From: Proteobacteria bacterium UBA2770
GTDB lineage: Bacteria; Pseudomonadota; Gammaproteobacteria; UBA2770
Direction of reading: 5' to 3'
NCBI GenBank assembly: GCA_002352565.1
Contig: DEIQ01000004.1
Coordinates: forward strand, 1-40,576
Length of the DNA: 40,576 bases
Shown here: positions 1 through 8,546 of the stretch, piece by piece
Position numbering within the stretch: position 1 is the stretch's first letter
Layout: every line of letters starts with the position of its first letter
Program-made: the position numbers and the translations under genes
Notes under the pieces: model-generated
Told to the model about the DNA's origin: nothing
The model's database searches: none
Seen by the model: the letters and a program-made list of their open reading frames with translations, nothing else

Positions 1-30
1 CGTTTAGTAACATCTTCGCTTTTTCACGGA

Positions 31-103
31 AAAAGGGGACGCTACCCTTTATTTTCTTTAAACGGCTTTTTCAATCCAATATTAAAGGGTAGCGTCCCCT
101 TTT
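31..103. repeat. Perfect 21-bp inverted repeat (AAAAGGGGACGCTACCCTTTA / TAAAGGGTAGCGTCCCCTTTT) with a 31-nt spacer
   Basis: Arms 31-51 and 83-103 are exact reverse complements. The structure lies upstream of the ORF starting at 255. Function is unknown; it could be a terminator of an upstream gene or a protein-binding site. Confidence 0.85.
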
Positions 104-254
104 AATGCCCTGATATATTTCGTTTATATGCTATTCTTGACGATGTAGTTTCACCTTTCCCGATACCAGGCAATGGCCGCCAACGGTAGAAGCTATATGT
201 ATCTTGCAGTTAATTCCAAAGAAAAGAGACCTATCTCAGGAAAGGAAATTGCTC

Positions 255-1019
255 GTGAAAAAAATCGTTTCAAACATCCAGTTCGTTGCGGTCATGCTGT
301 TGGGGATCGCTGCCTTGGTTCCATTCTACCAGGCTGTTGCAAGCTCGCAACAGAGCTCCTCTCAAATCGGAGTAGTCCTGCCACCGGGTTCCAGCTCATC
401 AATCCGTGCCCTTGAAGGCATGACGTTCACTATATCGCTCCAGCAGGCTCTGCACCCAGGATACGAATGGCTCTGCGATAACTATGACCAGCAATATGTC
501 TCCTTGTTGAATGAAGATCATGCCGCACCAGCCGACGGTACTATCGGGACTACATACAAAGAATCTATATTTCTGGCCTTGAATGCGGGCAAGACATTTA
601 TCTCATGCGGCTACTATGGAATGGGTTCTTCCGGCATCCCTGGGGACCTCATTGCAAGCCACAGGGTTCAGGTCAGGATATTAAAATCTCTGATACCCCA
701 TGTGGGTATTCCAACCGATGTTGGGAAGATACAGATGGATGTCCAGCCATCTTTGACCAATGCTGCTGGCACATTGGTCGTGGTGAGCGGTGAATTCAGA
801 GCATCAAACTATACTGTCAGCCACCATGGCCACAGGATCATCGGAAAAAAAGTATTGGTATGGGGAAATGTAAATCAAAGCGGTTCTGTAGGCGCGATGG
901 TTATTACACCGTGGGAGTTCACTGAGGATATTGGCTCGCTGGAGCCCGGATCATACACAGTGGAGCTGTTTCTCAACGGGCAAAGTGTTGCCGATACTGA
1001 ATTTATGTTACCGAACTGA
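255..1019 (+). CDS. Secreted or membrane-anchored hypothetical protein, possibly with a chagasin-like (I42 peptidase-inhibitor) domain followed by a beta-rich C-terminal domain
   Basis: The ORF track gives 204..1019. I prefer the GTG at 255, which has an AAGGAA Shine-Dalgarno (SD) sequence at 242-247. This start yields MKKIVSNIQFVAVMLLGIAALVPFYQAVA, a signal-peptide-like N-terminus. The stretch GMTFTISLQQALHPGYEW...GTTYKESIFLALNAGKTFISCGY resembles the chagasin/ICP pattern. The domain call is by eye only. Confidence 0.55.
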   Translation: MKKIVSNIQFVAVMLLGIAALVPFYQAVASSQQSSSQIGVVLPPGSSSSIRALEGMTFTISLQQALHPGYEWLCDNYDQQYVSLLNEDHAAPADGTIGTTYKESIFLALNAGKTFISCGYYGMGSSGIPGDLIASHRVQVRILKSLIPHVGIPTDVGKIQMDVQPSLTNAAGTLVVVSGEFRASNYTVSHHGHRIIGKKVLVWGNVNQSGSVGAMVITPWEFTEDIGSLEPGSYTVELFLNGQSVADTEFMLPN

Positions 1020-1097
1020 ATGAACCGTGTAAGCCCTGCTGTGAAGTCGAGGTTGGCGCGATGGCTGCTATCACAAATACCAGCTATCGCGCCATTC

Positions 1098-1116
1098 GGG
1101 TAGCGTCCCATTTAAT
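1098..1116 (+). repeat. Half-copy of the 31-103 repeat arm (GGGTAGCGTCCC-A-TTTAAT)
   Basis: It shares the 12-nt core GGGTAGCGTCCC, followed by TTTAAT, with 87-106. It lies directly downstream of the 255..1019 ORF, so the ORF is bracketed by direct copies. Confidence 0.7.
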
Positions 1117-1130
1117 CCTTCGAGAAGGCA

Positions 1131-2456
1131 ATGATAATGTTAAACTGGATCATTAAGATTACAGGAATTGGTTTCGCTGTGATCATATTTACTATCACCG
1201 GGAAAAATATGATGAAGGCTGAAGCGAACGAGAATACTGAAAGCATCGTGCTGGGCATGGGCTGTTTCTGGGGGGCGGAAAAACGCATGAGCGCCATTGA
1301 CGGCGTGGTTAATGTGGAAAGCGGTTATGCCGGTGGTGATGCGGCAAGAGCGGGTTATCAGGATGTTCTGGCGCTGGAAAACCGGATTCGATTCGGTCAG
1401 GTTGATGATCGCAATCATGCTGAAGTGGTCAAGGTCACCTTCGATACGGATCGGGTTCCGCTGGAAACTATTTTGACCAACTTTTGGGAAAATCATGATC
1501 CTACCCAGGGTGATCGGCAGGGCAACGATGTGGGCTCCAATTATCGCAGTGCCATCTATATTCAGGATGCCCGCCAGGAAGCTATCGCCCAAAAAACTTT
1601 GGCGACTTATCAGGTTGCATTATCTCAGGCAGGCTATCCTGCCATTACCACCGAAATTGCTCCTGTGAAAAACTATATCATTGCCGAGTCATACCATCAG
1701 GATTATTTGCAGAAAAACCCCAATGGTTACTGCGGCCTCGGAGGAACAGGCGTTGCTTATCCCACCGAGCAGGTAGAAAACAGCACCAGGTTATCCCAAT
1801 CGAGCCATGCCATAGCGTTGAAAAGCGATGCATTGAACTATGAGCGCCAACTGATAGTTTTTGAGGCGGAGCAATGCGCTTATTGCAAACTGTTCCAGAA
1901 AGATATTATGAGCCAATGGAAGGCGAATGTAGCGATTATCTCTTCGTTTAATCCAGACATGCCCAAGGGCTGGGAACTGGAAAAAACCATTTTTGCCACG
2001 CCGACCATCGTGCTTTTTGAACGCGGACGGGAAGTTTCCCGCTACACTGGTTATAACGGCGAAAAAGAGCGTTTCTGGAAATGGCTTGGTATTCAGCTTT
2101 TGACGCCAGAACAGCGTAAGATCGCTTTTGATCAGGGTACCGAGCGCGCGTTCAGTGGATCACATCTCGATGAAAAACGCTCCGGCAAATTCGTTGATCC
2201 CATAACGGGTGATGCGCTTTTCCTAAGTAACAGCAAGTTTGAAAGCGGTAGCGGATGGCCAAGCTTCTTCCAGCCCGTTGAAGACGCCATCACCCTGCGC
2301 GAAGATTTCTCTCATGGCATGAAACGCGTCGAGGTGCGCAGCGCGAGCTCTGGAATTCATCTGGGTCATGTCTTCAATGATGGGCCGCCGCCTTCTCGCA
2401 AGCGCTATTGCATCAATGGAAAAGTGCTGGGTTTTGTTCCCGATGATGGGGGGTAA
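1131..2456 (+). CDS. msrAB: Membrane-anchored peptide-methionine sulfoxide reductase fusion, MsrA - thioredoxin-like (CxxC) - MsrB
   Basis: The N-terminus has a hydrophobic segment. MsrA is recognised by GMGCFWGAEK, HAEVVKVTFD, HDPTQGDRQGNDVGSNYRS and GYCGLGG. The central Trx-like module contains EQCAYCKLF and ATPTIVLF. MsrB is recognised by GSGWPSFF, HLGHVFNDGPPP and RYCING. The ATG at 1137 is an alternative start and has better spacing to the AGAAGG SD. Confidence 0.9.
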   Translation: MIMLNWIIKITGIGFAVIIFTITGKNMMKAEANENTESIVLGMGCFWGAEKRMSAIDGVVNVESGYAGGDAARAGYQDVLALENRIRFGQVDDRNHAEVVKVTFDTDRVPLETILTNFWENHDPTQGDRQGNDVGSNYRSAIYIQDARQEAIAQKTLATYQVALSQAGYPAITTEIAPVKNYIIAESYHQDYLQKNPNGYCGLGGTGVAYPTEQVENSTRLSQSSHAIALKSDALNYERQLIVFEAEQCAYCKLFQKDIMSQWKANVAIISSFNPDMPKGWELEKTIFATPTIVLFERGREVSRYTGYNGEKERFWKWLGIQLLTPEQRKIAFDQGTERAFSGSHLDEKRSGKFVDPITGDALFLSNSKFESGSGWPSFFQPVEDAITLREDFSHGMKRVEVRSASSGIHLGHVFNDGPPPSRKRYCINGKVLGFVPDDGG

Positions 2457-2462
2457 GAATAA

Positions 2463-2484
2463 GATGCGACCTATAGGTCGCATC
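2463..2484. terminator. Hairpin between convergent genes (GATGCGACC-TATA-GGTCGCATC), probable terminator
   Basis: The stem is a perfect 9 bp with a 4-nt loop. On the minus strand it is followed by a T-rich run (CTTATTCTTA). It sits between the msrAB stop (2456) and the MCP pseudogene stop (2511). Confidence 0.45.
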
Positions 2485-2510
2485 CGGTCGCATTCAGCAA
2501 TAATTCCCTC

Positions 2511-3396
2511 TCATGTCAGTGTGAAAAACCCCACGGTTTCGGTGAGACGCTTGGCCTGATCACCCAAGGCAGAAAATGCGATGGAGTTCTCTTGAACCAG
2601 TGCGTTGTTTTCCTGGGTCAACTCATTAACTTCTATCATGGCGCCAGCCACTTGATCCGTAGTTGTCCGCTGGATCTCCATGGAAGAGACCATATCTGCT
2701 ACGCGTTGGCTTACATCATCCATACCTTTGAGAATCTCGGCGAAGGACTCGTAACTCTTGCTCGACAAGGCGCTACCTTCACCCGCTAGTTGAATAATGC
2801 CATCAATCAGGCGCTTAATGTCTTTGGCATTCTCGGCGCTGAACTGGGACAGGTTTCGTATCTCCTGAGCCACCACCGCGAACCCCTGGCCGTTCCGACC
2901 TGCATTAGCAGCTTCAATGGCTGCATTGATGGCCAGAATAGAAGACTTCCTGCTGATACTGCTCCGCCAGAACCAACTCGGTTTTCTCCCCACTTGTCGT
3001 AGTGATGTTCGGGACGGTGGCAATTTCGTCCTCAACGGGAGAGACTTCCCAGAGCAGATATCGTGCATCCCCCTGGCTTAGGTCAGATACCGCTACGCTG
3101 AAAGTCCGCGTTTCCCCATCTGTGCTACGCAACTTTATATTTTGATGCGCAACAGGCATATTGTTAGCATGGGCTTGTTCGGCCAGCTTAAGCAGCCGAT
3201 GCCGATCCACATCAGAGTGGATACGATCAAACACCGCTTCACCTTCCTGATGTTCGCCCAAATACTTAACCATATTGTCGTTCCAGGCTACCAGCCGATA
3301 CTGAGAATCGGCTGGTAGCCATACGGGTTTGAGTAAATAACTGGTTTACGTTAAATGACCCGAACTTTTCGGCCAAGGGCGATTGATTTGCGGCAT
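2511..3396 (-). pseudogene. Decayed soluble PAS-domain methyl-accepting chemotaxis protein
   Basis: The ATG at 3396 has a strong AAGGAGA SD. An in-frame TAA at 3348-3346 follows 16 codons. The same frame continues as PAS-like sequence (DSQYRLVAWNDNMVKYLG...). A frame change near 2940-2990 leads into the MCP signalling hairpin (ILAINAAIEAANAGRNGQGFAVVAQEIRNLS). The N-terminal arm of the signalling bundle is almost absent. Confidence 0.65.
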
Positions 3397-3985
3397 CGAT
3401 TATATCTCCTTATGCTGGAAACACAGATGGATTATCCTTGAAACGCCTTTGAATAAATTATTGATGTCGCGCGAAAGTCTCTATATCCCTTTAAGTATTA
3501 TCAGCGCATAAACCAAGGTGCCTGTATCGTTATAGGGACGATTGGTTCTAAACGCGAAAGATGGGCGATAAAGATGGTTAAAACTTATAAAAATCTGAAT
3601 ATCAGGATAATCCACTATTGTTTCAGAATTTTTAAGTTTTGCTCCACTTCACTTCCCTGTTAAGAACTATGTTGCAGATGAACTGACCAATAAATATTTT
3701 TAGCTCCAAAATAAAAGTTTGCCAACCGCCGCATTTTTTGTGGTACGACAAAGATCCCCGATTTTGTGTAACATGCGCGCTATGCCATTGGCGCCCGGGA
3801 TGCATCACATATCAAGATGAGGTGTTGAACATATATGTGTTCAAGACGCTCTCGAAAGTGCATGCAAAGACCGACAGCGAACGGCCAGAAAATTCTAATT
3901 GGGCCTGCTACCCTAAAGAAGGGAATATTTACATAATTACTGGAAGACGGGGCGAAAACCGTGATCTCATGCTAACATTAGCCAA

Positions 3986-4147
3986 ATAACCTCTGAATTA
4001 ATTCATGAACTCGCATCTTGCACCCCTTATGTCCAGATTCCTGGTTGACAATCTTCGCAATAGCCCTGCTATTACGCGCGATTTGCGTCTCGAATCTGAA
4101 TATAATGTACCACGCCTGAGCTTGGTCCAGAATGAATCAGAGGTTCC
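3986..4147 (-). repeat. Family-1 MITE-like repeat, copy a
   Basis: It ends in ATCAGAGGTTCC (4136-4147), and the opposite end is a degenerate AACCTCTGAAT. The internal blocks CTCGAATCTGAA and GAGCTTGGTCCAGA are shared with the other copies. Confidence 0.85.
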
Positions 4148-4287
4148 TTAACAGGCTATGATTAAGGACATACTGACAGGCTTTCCGTATGTGAAAATCT
4201 ACGGATTAAAGACCGCAACGCTGTCTATGACAGCATTTTTCCGATCGCCGAAAATATACCATCAACCTATTGCAGGATCTTAACCAT

Positions 4288-5103
4288 ATGAGCGCAGCAC
4301 TGCCGGGGCTTTTTCAACGTGATGGCTGGATTTTTCAACCCACATCTCACGCACTCAGCCCATGGGGTCCTGGTATGCTGCATGGCGGCGCTTGTTCCGG
4401 GCTGCTCACTTATTGCCTGGAACAAAGCCTGCCTGATCCGAATTTTCATTTGTTACGCATCACCCACGATTTGTTCCGCCCGGTTCCCAACGGGCCGCTT
4501 GAGGCTCGTTGCACCATTTTGCGCCATGGCAAACGTATTTGCGTCATTGAGGTCTGCCTTTTGTCCGAGCGCAAAGAAGTTGCCCGTTCCACGGGGCTGG
4601 CGGCCATCCCCGCCGACGTAGATATGCCAAATAATCTACCGCGCAAACAGGGGCCGCCCCACAAGCCGGACGATTTTACATCAATGCGCTTTGGCGCCAT
4701 GTGGAAAAACGAGGCTAATCCAGTGCCCGGACTCAATTCTCTGGTAGAAATGCGCTTGGTGGAAGGAATGAAATTTACCGGCACGGGCGCTGCATGGATG
4801 CGCATCCACGCTTGCATCATCGAAAACGAAGCGCCGAGCGCTTTGGGGATGTTCGGCCCAATCACCGATTTTGGCAATGGTTTGGCTCAGGTTTACCTCG
4901 GGAATGGAATAGGTATGATCAATGCCGATATTGATATTCATCTGTGGCGCTATCCACAGGGTGATTGGTTTTTCCTCGAATCAGTTAACTATGTCAATGA
5001 TCACGGCAACGGGCTGATCAATACCAACTTTTCCGATGCCCAAGGCTGGATCGGTCAGGTTTCGCAGATTGTAGTATCGCGCAAATTTACCGGTGCAACC
5101 TAA
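4288..5103 (+). CDS. Thioesterase-like superfamily protein (double hot-dog acyl-CoA thioesterase type)
   Basis: The sequence WGPGMLHGGACSGLL and the C-terminal INADIDIHLWRYPQGDWFFLES...GNGLINTNFSDAQGWIGQVSQ match the 4HBT_3-type pattern. The first ATG is at 4288; the track start at 4270 is TTG. Confidence 0.65.
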   Translation: MSAALPGLFQRDGWIFQPTSHALSPWGPGMLHGGACSGLLTYCLEQSLPDPNFHLLRITHDLFRPVPNGPLEARCTILRHGKRICVIEVCLLSERKEVARSTGLAAIPADVDMPNNLPRKQGPPHKPDDFTSMRFGAMWKNEANPVPGLNSLVEMRLVEGMKFTGTGAAWMRIHACIIENEAPSALGMFGPITDFGNGLAQVYLGNGIGMINADIDIHLWRYPQGDWFFLESVNYVNDHGNGLINTNFSDAQGWIGQVSQIVVSRKFTGAT

Positions 5104-5189
5104 AGATCAGTGATCTGTCTATTCGCATGCAACTTGTCCCCAGCGCAGTTTCATTCAACTTCAAGCCCTTTAGCGTTAACAGCCTGCCA

Positions 5190-5347
5190 GGAAACCTCTG
5201 ATCCATTCATGAGCTCGGTTCTTGCCTTCCTTATGTCCGCTTCGGGGTAAATTTTCGTAATAGCTCGCTATACTGGTCGATAAGCGCCTTGAATCTGAAC
5301 AGCAGGAACCACACCTGAGCTTCGTCCAGAATTAATAATGAGGTTCC
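5190..5347 (-). repeat. Family-1 MITE-like repeat, copy b
   Basis: The sequence runs GGAAACCTCTGATCC...GAGCTTCGTCCAGAATTAATAATGAGGTTCC and is in the same orientation as copy a. Confidence 0.85.
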
Positions 5348-5649
5348 CTGGACCGATAACACTGCGTATGGAACTGCTGCTGAATCTGCCACGGAATTGG
5401 GCAGACTCAAATAAACAGTTCAGCCTGCAGCATGCCTGAGAAATAAATCCGTGCCTTGATGCACCATCTCTATAAAATTACACTTTTTAAGTATGAGGAC
5501 CGTACTGAAGCATTAAAAAGCGTCCATGATCTCCTTCAACACTGGCAAGAATCCATAAGAATTTTTTGCGTGTAAGAATGAGCCGCTTTGTTTGTAGTTT
5601 ACGCCGGAAAACTCTATGATGGCATGCACCTGGTTTATAAGGACATTTA

Positions 5650-6007
5650 TATAACGAACCCGGATTGAACGGACTCCACTACCTGATACAAACACTCCCG
5701 ATTTGCGTAATTCATTGCTGGCACGGTGCTGACCATGGGCTGGCTACCCGATCGCATGATCCACCACGGCTTGCTCTGTGGCTTCATCACCTCTGTTCCT
5801 GGTATTTGGTGGCTCAACGGCTCTTGTTCATCAGATTGTCGATACCACCGCTTTCAACCAGTTCCTGATAGCGATAGAACCTATCACGAAAAACGCCCAT
5901 TCCCTTACAAGCTTTGGATACATTCCCTGCGATGCCTATACTTGATTGAATTCAAGTCCGTGAACAATCATCCGTGAAACATCATTGAAACTATTTTCTG
6001 AGACCAT
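5650..6007 (-). mobile_element. Remnant of the N-terminal (HTH) part of a DDE/rve-type IS transposase (IS481/IS3-like), with stops and frameshifts
   Basis: The minus-strand translation across frames reads MVSENSFNDVSRMIVHGLEFNQV*, then GIAGNVSKACKGMGVFRDRFYRYQELVESGGIDNLMNKSR*, then RAVEPPNTRNRGDEATEQAVVDHAIG*PAHGQHRASNELRKSGVFVSGSGVRSIRV. This is the typical HTH-linker region of such transposases. The catalytic core is absent. The family assignment is from memory only. Confidence 0.55.
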
Positions 6008-6068
6008 GACTTTCATCTATGACATAATATGACGTTGAATCGGTTTTTTATTATTCAGGGGTATCGAT

Positions 6069-6419
6069 ATGCGACTTTATCTTTTATTGATCGGATTGTT
6101 TATCTCGCTGGGCGTTCAGGCAGAGTGCGTCATGGACCAGGTCGGTCAAATCTATTGTGGCTATGGGGCATGCGCCAACAATAGTTATGGTAATGTTTAT
6201 TGTTCCAAATACCGGGATGGTGATGCGGTTCTGAACGTCAATGGCGAAGTGGTTTGCGGTAAAGGCAGTTGTGAGGAAGATCGTTTGAAAAATGTGCACT
6301 GTTCCTCGGCGGAAGGTGGTGCAGCCATGATTGATCGCAATGGCAATGTCCGATGTTATCGCGGTTGTGAACGCGCCAGCTCCAGCATGTGCGAGCGGGA
6401 AATTGCGCCCACATCATAA
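6069..6419 (+). CDS. Small secreted cysteine-rich protein with three internal repeats of about 30 aa
   Basis: An AGGGG SD lies 8 nt upstream. The signal peptide is MRLYLLLIGLFISLGVQA. The mature part has 10 Cys arranged as G-x-[IV]-x-C-G-x-G-x-C ... G-N-V-x-C, repeated. Confidence 0.7.
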   Translation: MRLYLLLIGLFISLGVQAECVMDQVGQIYCGYGACANNSYGNVYCSKYRDGDAVLNVNGEVVCGKGSCEEDRLKNVHCSSAEGGAAMIDRNGNVRCYRGCERASSSMCEREIAPTS

Positions 6420-6531
6420 GCATCACAGTCATGTAAGCTGTTCAAAAAAATTCAGGGAAGCACGGTTGACCGATGGACTCGATTCACCGGAAATATCCTT
6501 TTATATGACAAGGCGCATGGGGCATTCCCAA

Positions 6532-6674
6532 GGAATTTTTGATTAATTCTGGACGAAGGTTATTGTGGTTTATTCCGTTTAGATGCAAGGCGCTTATCGA
6601 CCATAATAGCAGGCGACAAAGAAACTGGGCATAAGGAAGGCAAGGACCGGGTTCATGACTTAATCAGAGGTTCC
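6532..6674 (+). repeat. Family-1 MITE-like repeat, copy c (left terminus degenerate)
   Basis: The sequence runs GGAATTTTTGATTAATTCTGGACGAAGG...CATGACTTAATCAGAGGTTCC. Confidence 0.8.
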
Positions 6675-6699
6675 ATAAATAAATTCCGGGGAGATCCAA

Positions 6700-7416
6700 A
6701 TGAAATTACGCCAAAACACCATCATGCTCATCGCCGCTATGTTCTTGATAGGTTGCTCTGCACCGGATCCGCACAGAAAGGCGAAGCTCGGAGCCGCCAT
6801 CGGCGCGGTCAGCGGAAGTGTCATTGGACATCAAATCGATTCCGATGATGGAAGATACATCGGCGGAGCCGCCGGAGCACTGATCGGCGCCGGAGCAGGC
6901 GCTTACATGGACAGACAGAAAAAAATCATGGAGGAGAAACTAACGCAGCAACAAAACCGCAACGAGTTATCCATCATCGAACTGGAAGATGGAAGTCTTC
7001 TGGTAGGTATCGCAAGCGCAGTTTCTTTTGAACTGAACAGTTCCGAATTGAAAGAACAGTTTTTACCCACTTATGACACTATAGCTGCGGTATTACAGCA
7101 GTTCAATAAAACCATTATTCATGTTGTGGGTCATACCGACAATTCAGGTTCTGAGGAATACAATCAACGTTTGTCCGAGCGCAGAGCGAAAAACGTCCGG
7201 CAATATCTTGCTTTAAGTGGTATCGACCCTGGCCGCATAAAAACCGAAGGTCGTGGTGAAAACGATCCCGTTGCTCCAAATGATACGAATCAGAACCGAA
7301 AACGCAACCGAAGAGTGGATATCGTGATTAAACCCATCGTTGAAGGTCGGGAAGGCCAGGCGTTTGCTTCTCCACCGCCACTGGGACAAATAAATCGCAC
7401 CATGATGGAATTTTGA
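6700..7416 (+). CDS. OmpA-family lipoprotein (glycine-zipper plus OmpA C-terminal peptidoglycan-binding domain)
   Basis: The gene has a GGGGAGA SD and the lipobox LIGC. A Gly-rich zipper is present (GAAIGAVSGSVIG...GGAAGALIGAGAGAY). The OmpA_C motif is VVGHTDNSGSEEYNQRLSERRAKNV. Confidence 0.9.
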   Translation: MKLRQNTIMLIAAMFLIGCSAPDPHRKAKLGAAIGAVSGSVIGHQIDSDDGRYIGGAAGALIGAGAGAYMDRQKKIMEEKLTQQQNRNELSIIELEDGSLLVGIASAVSFELNSSELKEQFLPTYDTIAAVLQQFNKTIIHVVGHTDNSGSEEYNQRLSERRAKNVRQYLALSGIDPGRIKTEGRGENDPVAPNDTNQNRKRNRRVDIVIKPIVEGREGQAFASPPPLGQINRTMMEF

Positions 7417-7597
7417 GAGGGCATATCAAAAAACCCGTGTTCATTTCTGATTGATTGGCGACCCATGACCCGGGGACGGCTGATATAATCATTAAAGTCT
7501 GAATCCTCGATCGGATCAAAAACATTGAGGTATAGCTTCGAACGCAGGTTGTAACCTGGCCCAGTCAAACAATTGCTGGCATGAAGGGGTATACATC

Positions 7598-8536
7598 ATG
7601 TTTCGCTTTCATCAATTGTTGCACGCATTTCTTCTGATCGTATTGAGCGGATTGTGTCTAAGCTACCTGTTCATTTTTCCCATCCTGGTTCTTGATGGCT
7701 TTCCAGCCCGAGAGGTCAGGGATATTCCATGGTTGTCATGGATCTTCCTGAGTGTGTCATTCGCTATAATAACGCCCACATTATGGGCGCTGGAACACGA
7801 AGCGATTCATGGTCTGTTGTTTGATCATCGATTCATGAATACTGTGGCAGGACATTTTCTGGGATATCTGCTCGGCATCCCCTTTCATATTCTGCGCCAG
7901 GGACACCTTGTTCATCACCGTTTGAACCGAAGCGTACTCGACCGGACCGAAGTGTACAGCCTCCCCGCAATCTCCCTGGGAAGCGCCTGTTTTTTTTATT
8001 ATATACGCCTGTGCGGGGGTTTGTATGTGGGAGAATTGCTGACCAATTTTCTCGTGTGGTTGCCTCGCAGCATACAGAGAAACCTGCTACAAAAATGGAC
8101 GTCTGCTCATATGGATGACTGGCAAGCCAGCGTAGCAAAGCCTTTTCTGGCTGCCCCCAGTCTATGGCTGGCACGATTTGATGCGCTTATAAACGTATCA
8201 CTGTTAACTATTTCTGTTCTGCTTTACGGTCCATTTATCTGGCTGCTGATACCGGGATTCATGCTGCGGGGTTTTATGATTTCTGTTTTTGATAACGCCT
8301 ATCACTATGGAACCGAACTTGACAATGCGATGGGTTCATTTAACGTAAAGCTTAAAAGTCCCTGGGACTGGTGGCTGCTGAACGGAAATTTTCATGCAAG
8401 TCATCATCAGCGCCCGGATCTACCCTGGTGGCAATTACCTTCTATGCATGGCAGAAATGATATGAGCAATGGTTTTAGATACCTGTGGCGACAATTTCAA
8501 GGTCCCATTCCAGAGAATGGTCTGCTCCGGCGATAA
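7598..8536 (+). CDS. Membrane fatty-acid desaturase family protein
   Basis: Three His boxes are present (HEAIHG, HLVHHRLNR, HASHHQ), together with multiple hydrophobic segments and an AAGGGG SD. Confidence 0.8.
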   Translation: MFRFHQLLHAFLLIVLSGLCLSYLFIFPILVLDGFPAREVRDIPWLSWIFLSVSFAIITPTLWALEHEAIHGLLFDHRFMNTVAGHFLGYLLGIPFHILRQGHLVHHRLNRSVLDRTEVYSLPAISLGSACFFYYIRLCGGLYVGELLTNFLVWLPRSIQRNLLQKWTSAHMDDWQASVAKPFLAAPSLWLARFDALINVSLLTISVLLYGPFIWLLIPGFMLRGFMISVFDNAYHYGTELDNAMGSFNVKLKSPWDWWLLNGNFHASHHQRPDLPWWQLPSMHGRNDMSNGFRYLWRQFQGPIPENGLLRR

Positions 8537-8546
8537 ATCACAGCAT

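Noticed and set aside
3738-3989. An 83-aa plus-strand ORF in the AT-rich spacer
   Set aside because: It has a non-ATG start, no RBS and a Cys/Trp-rich unnatural composition. It runs into the terminus of repeat copy a. It is most likely a chance ORF.
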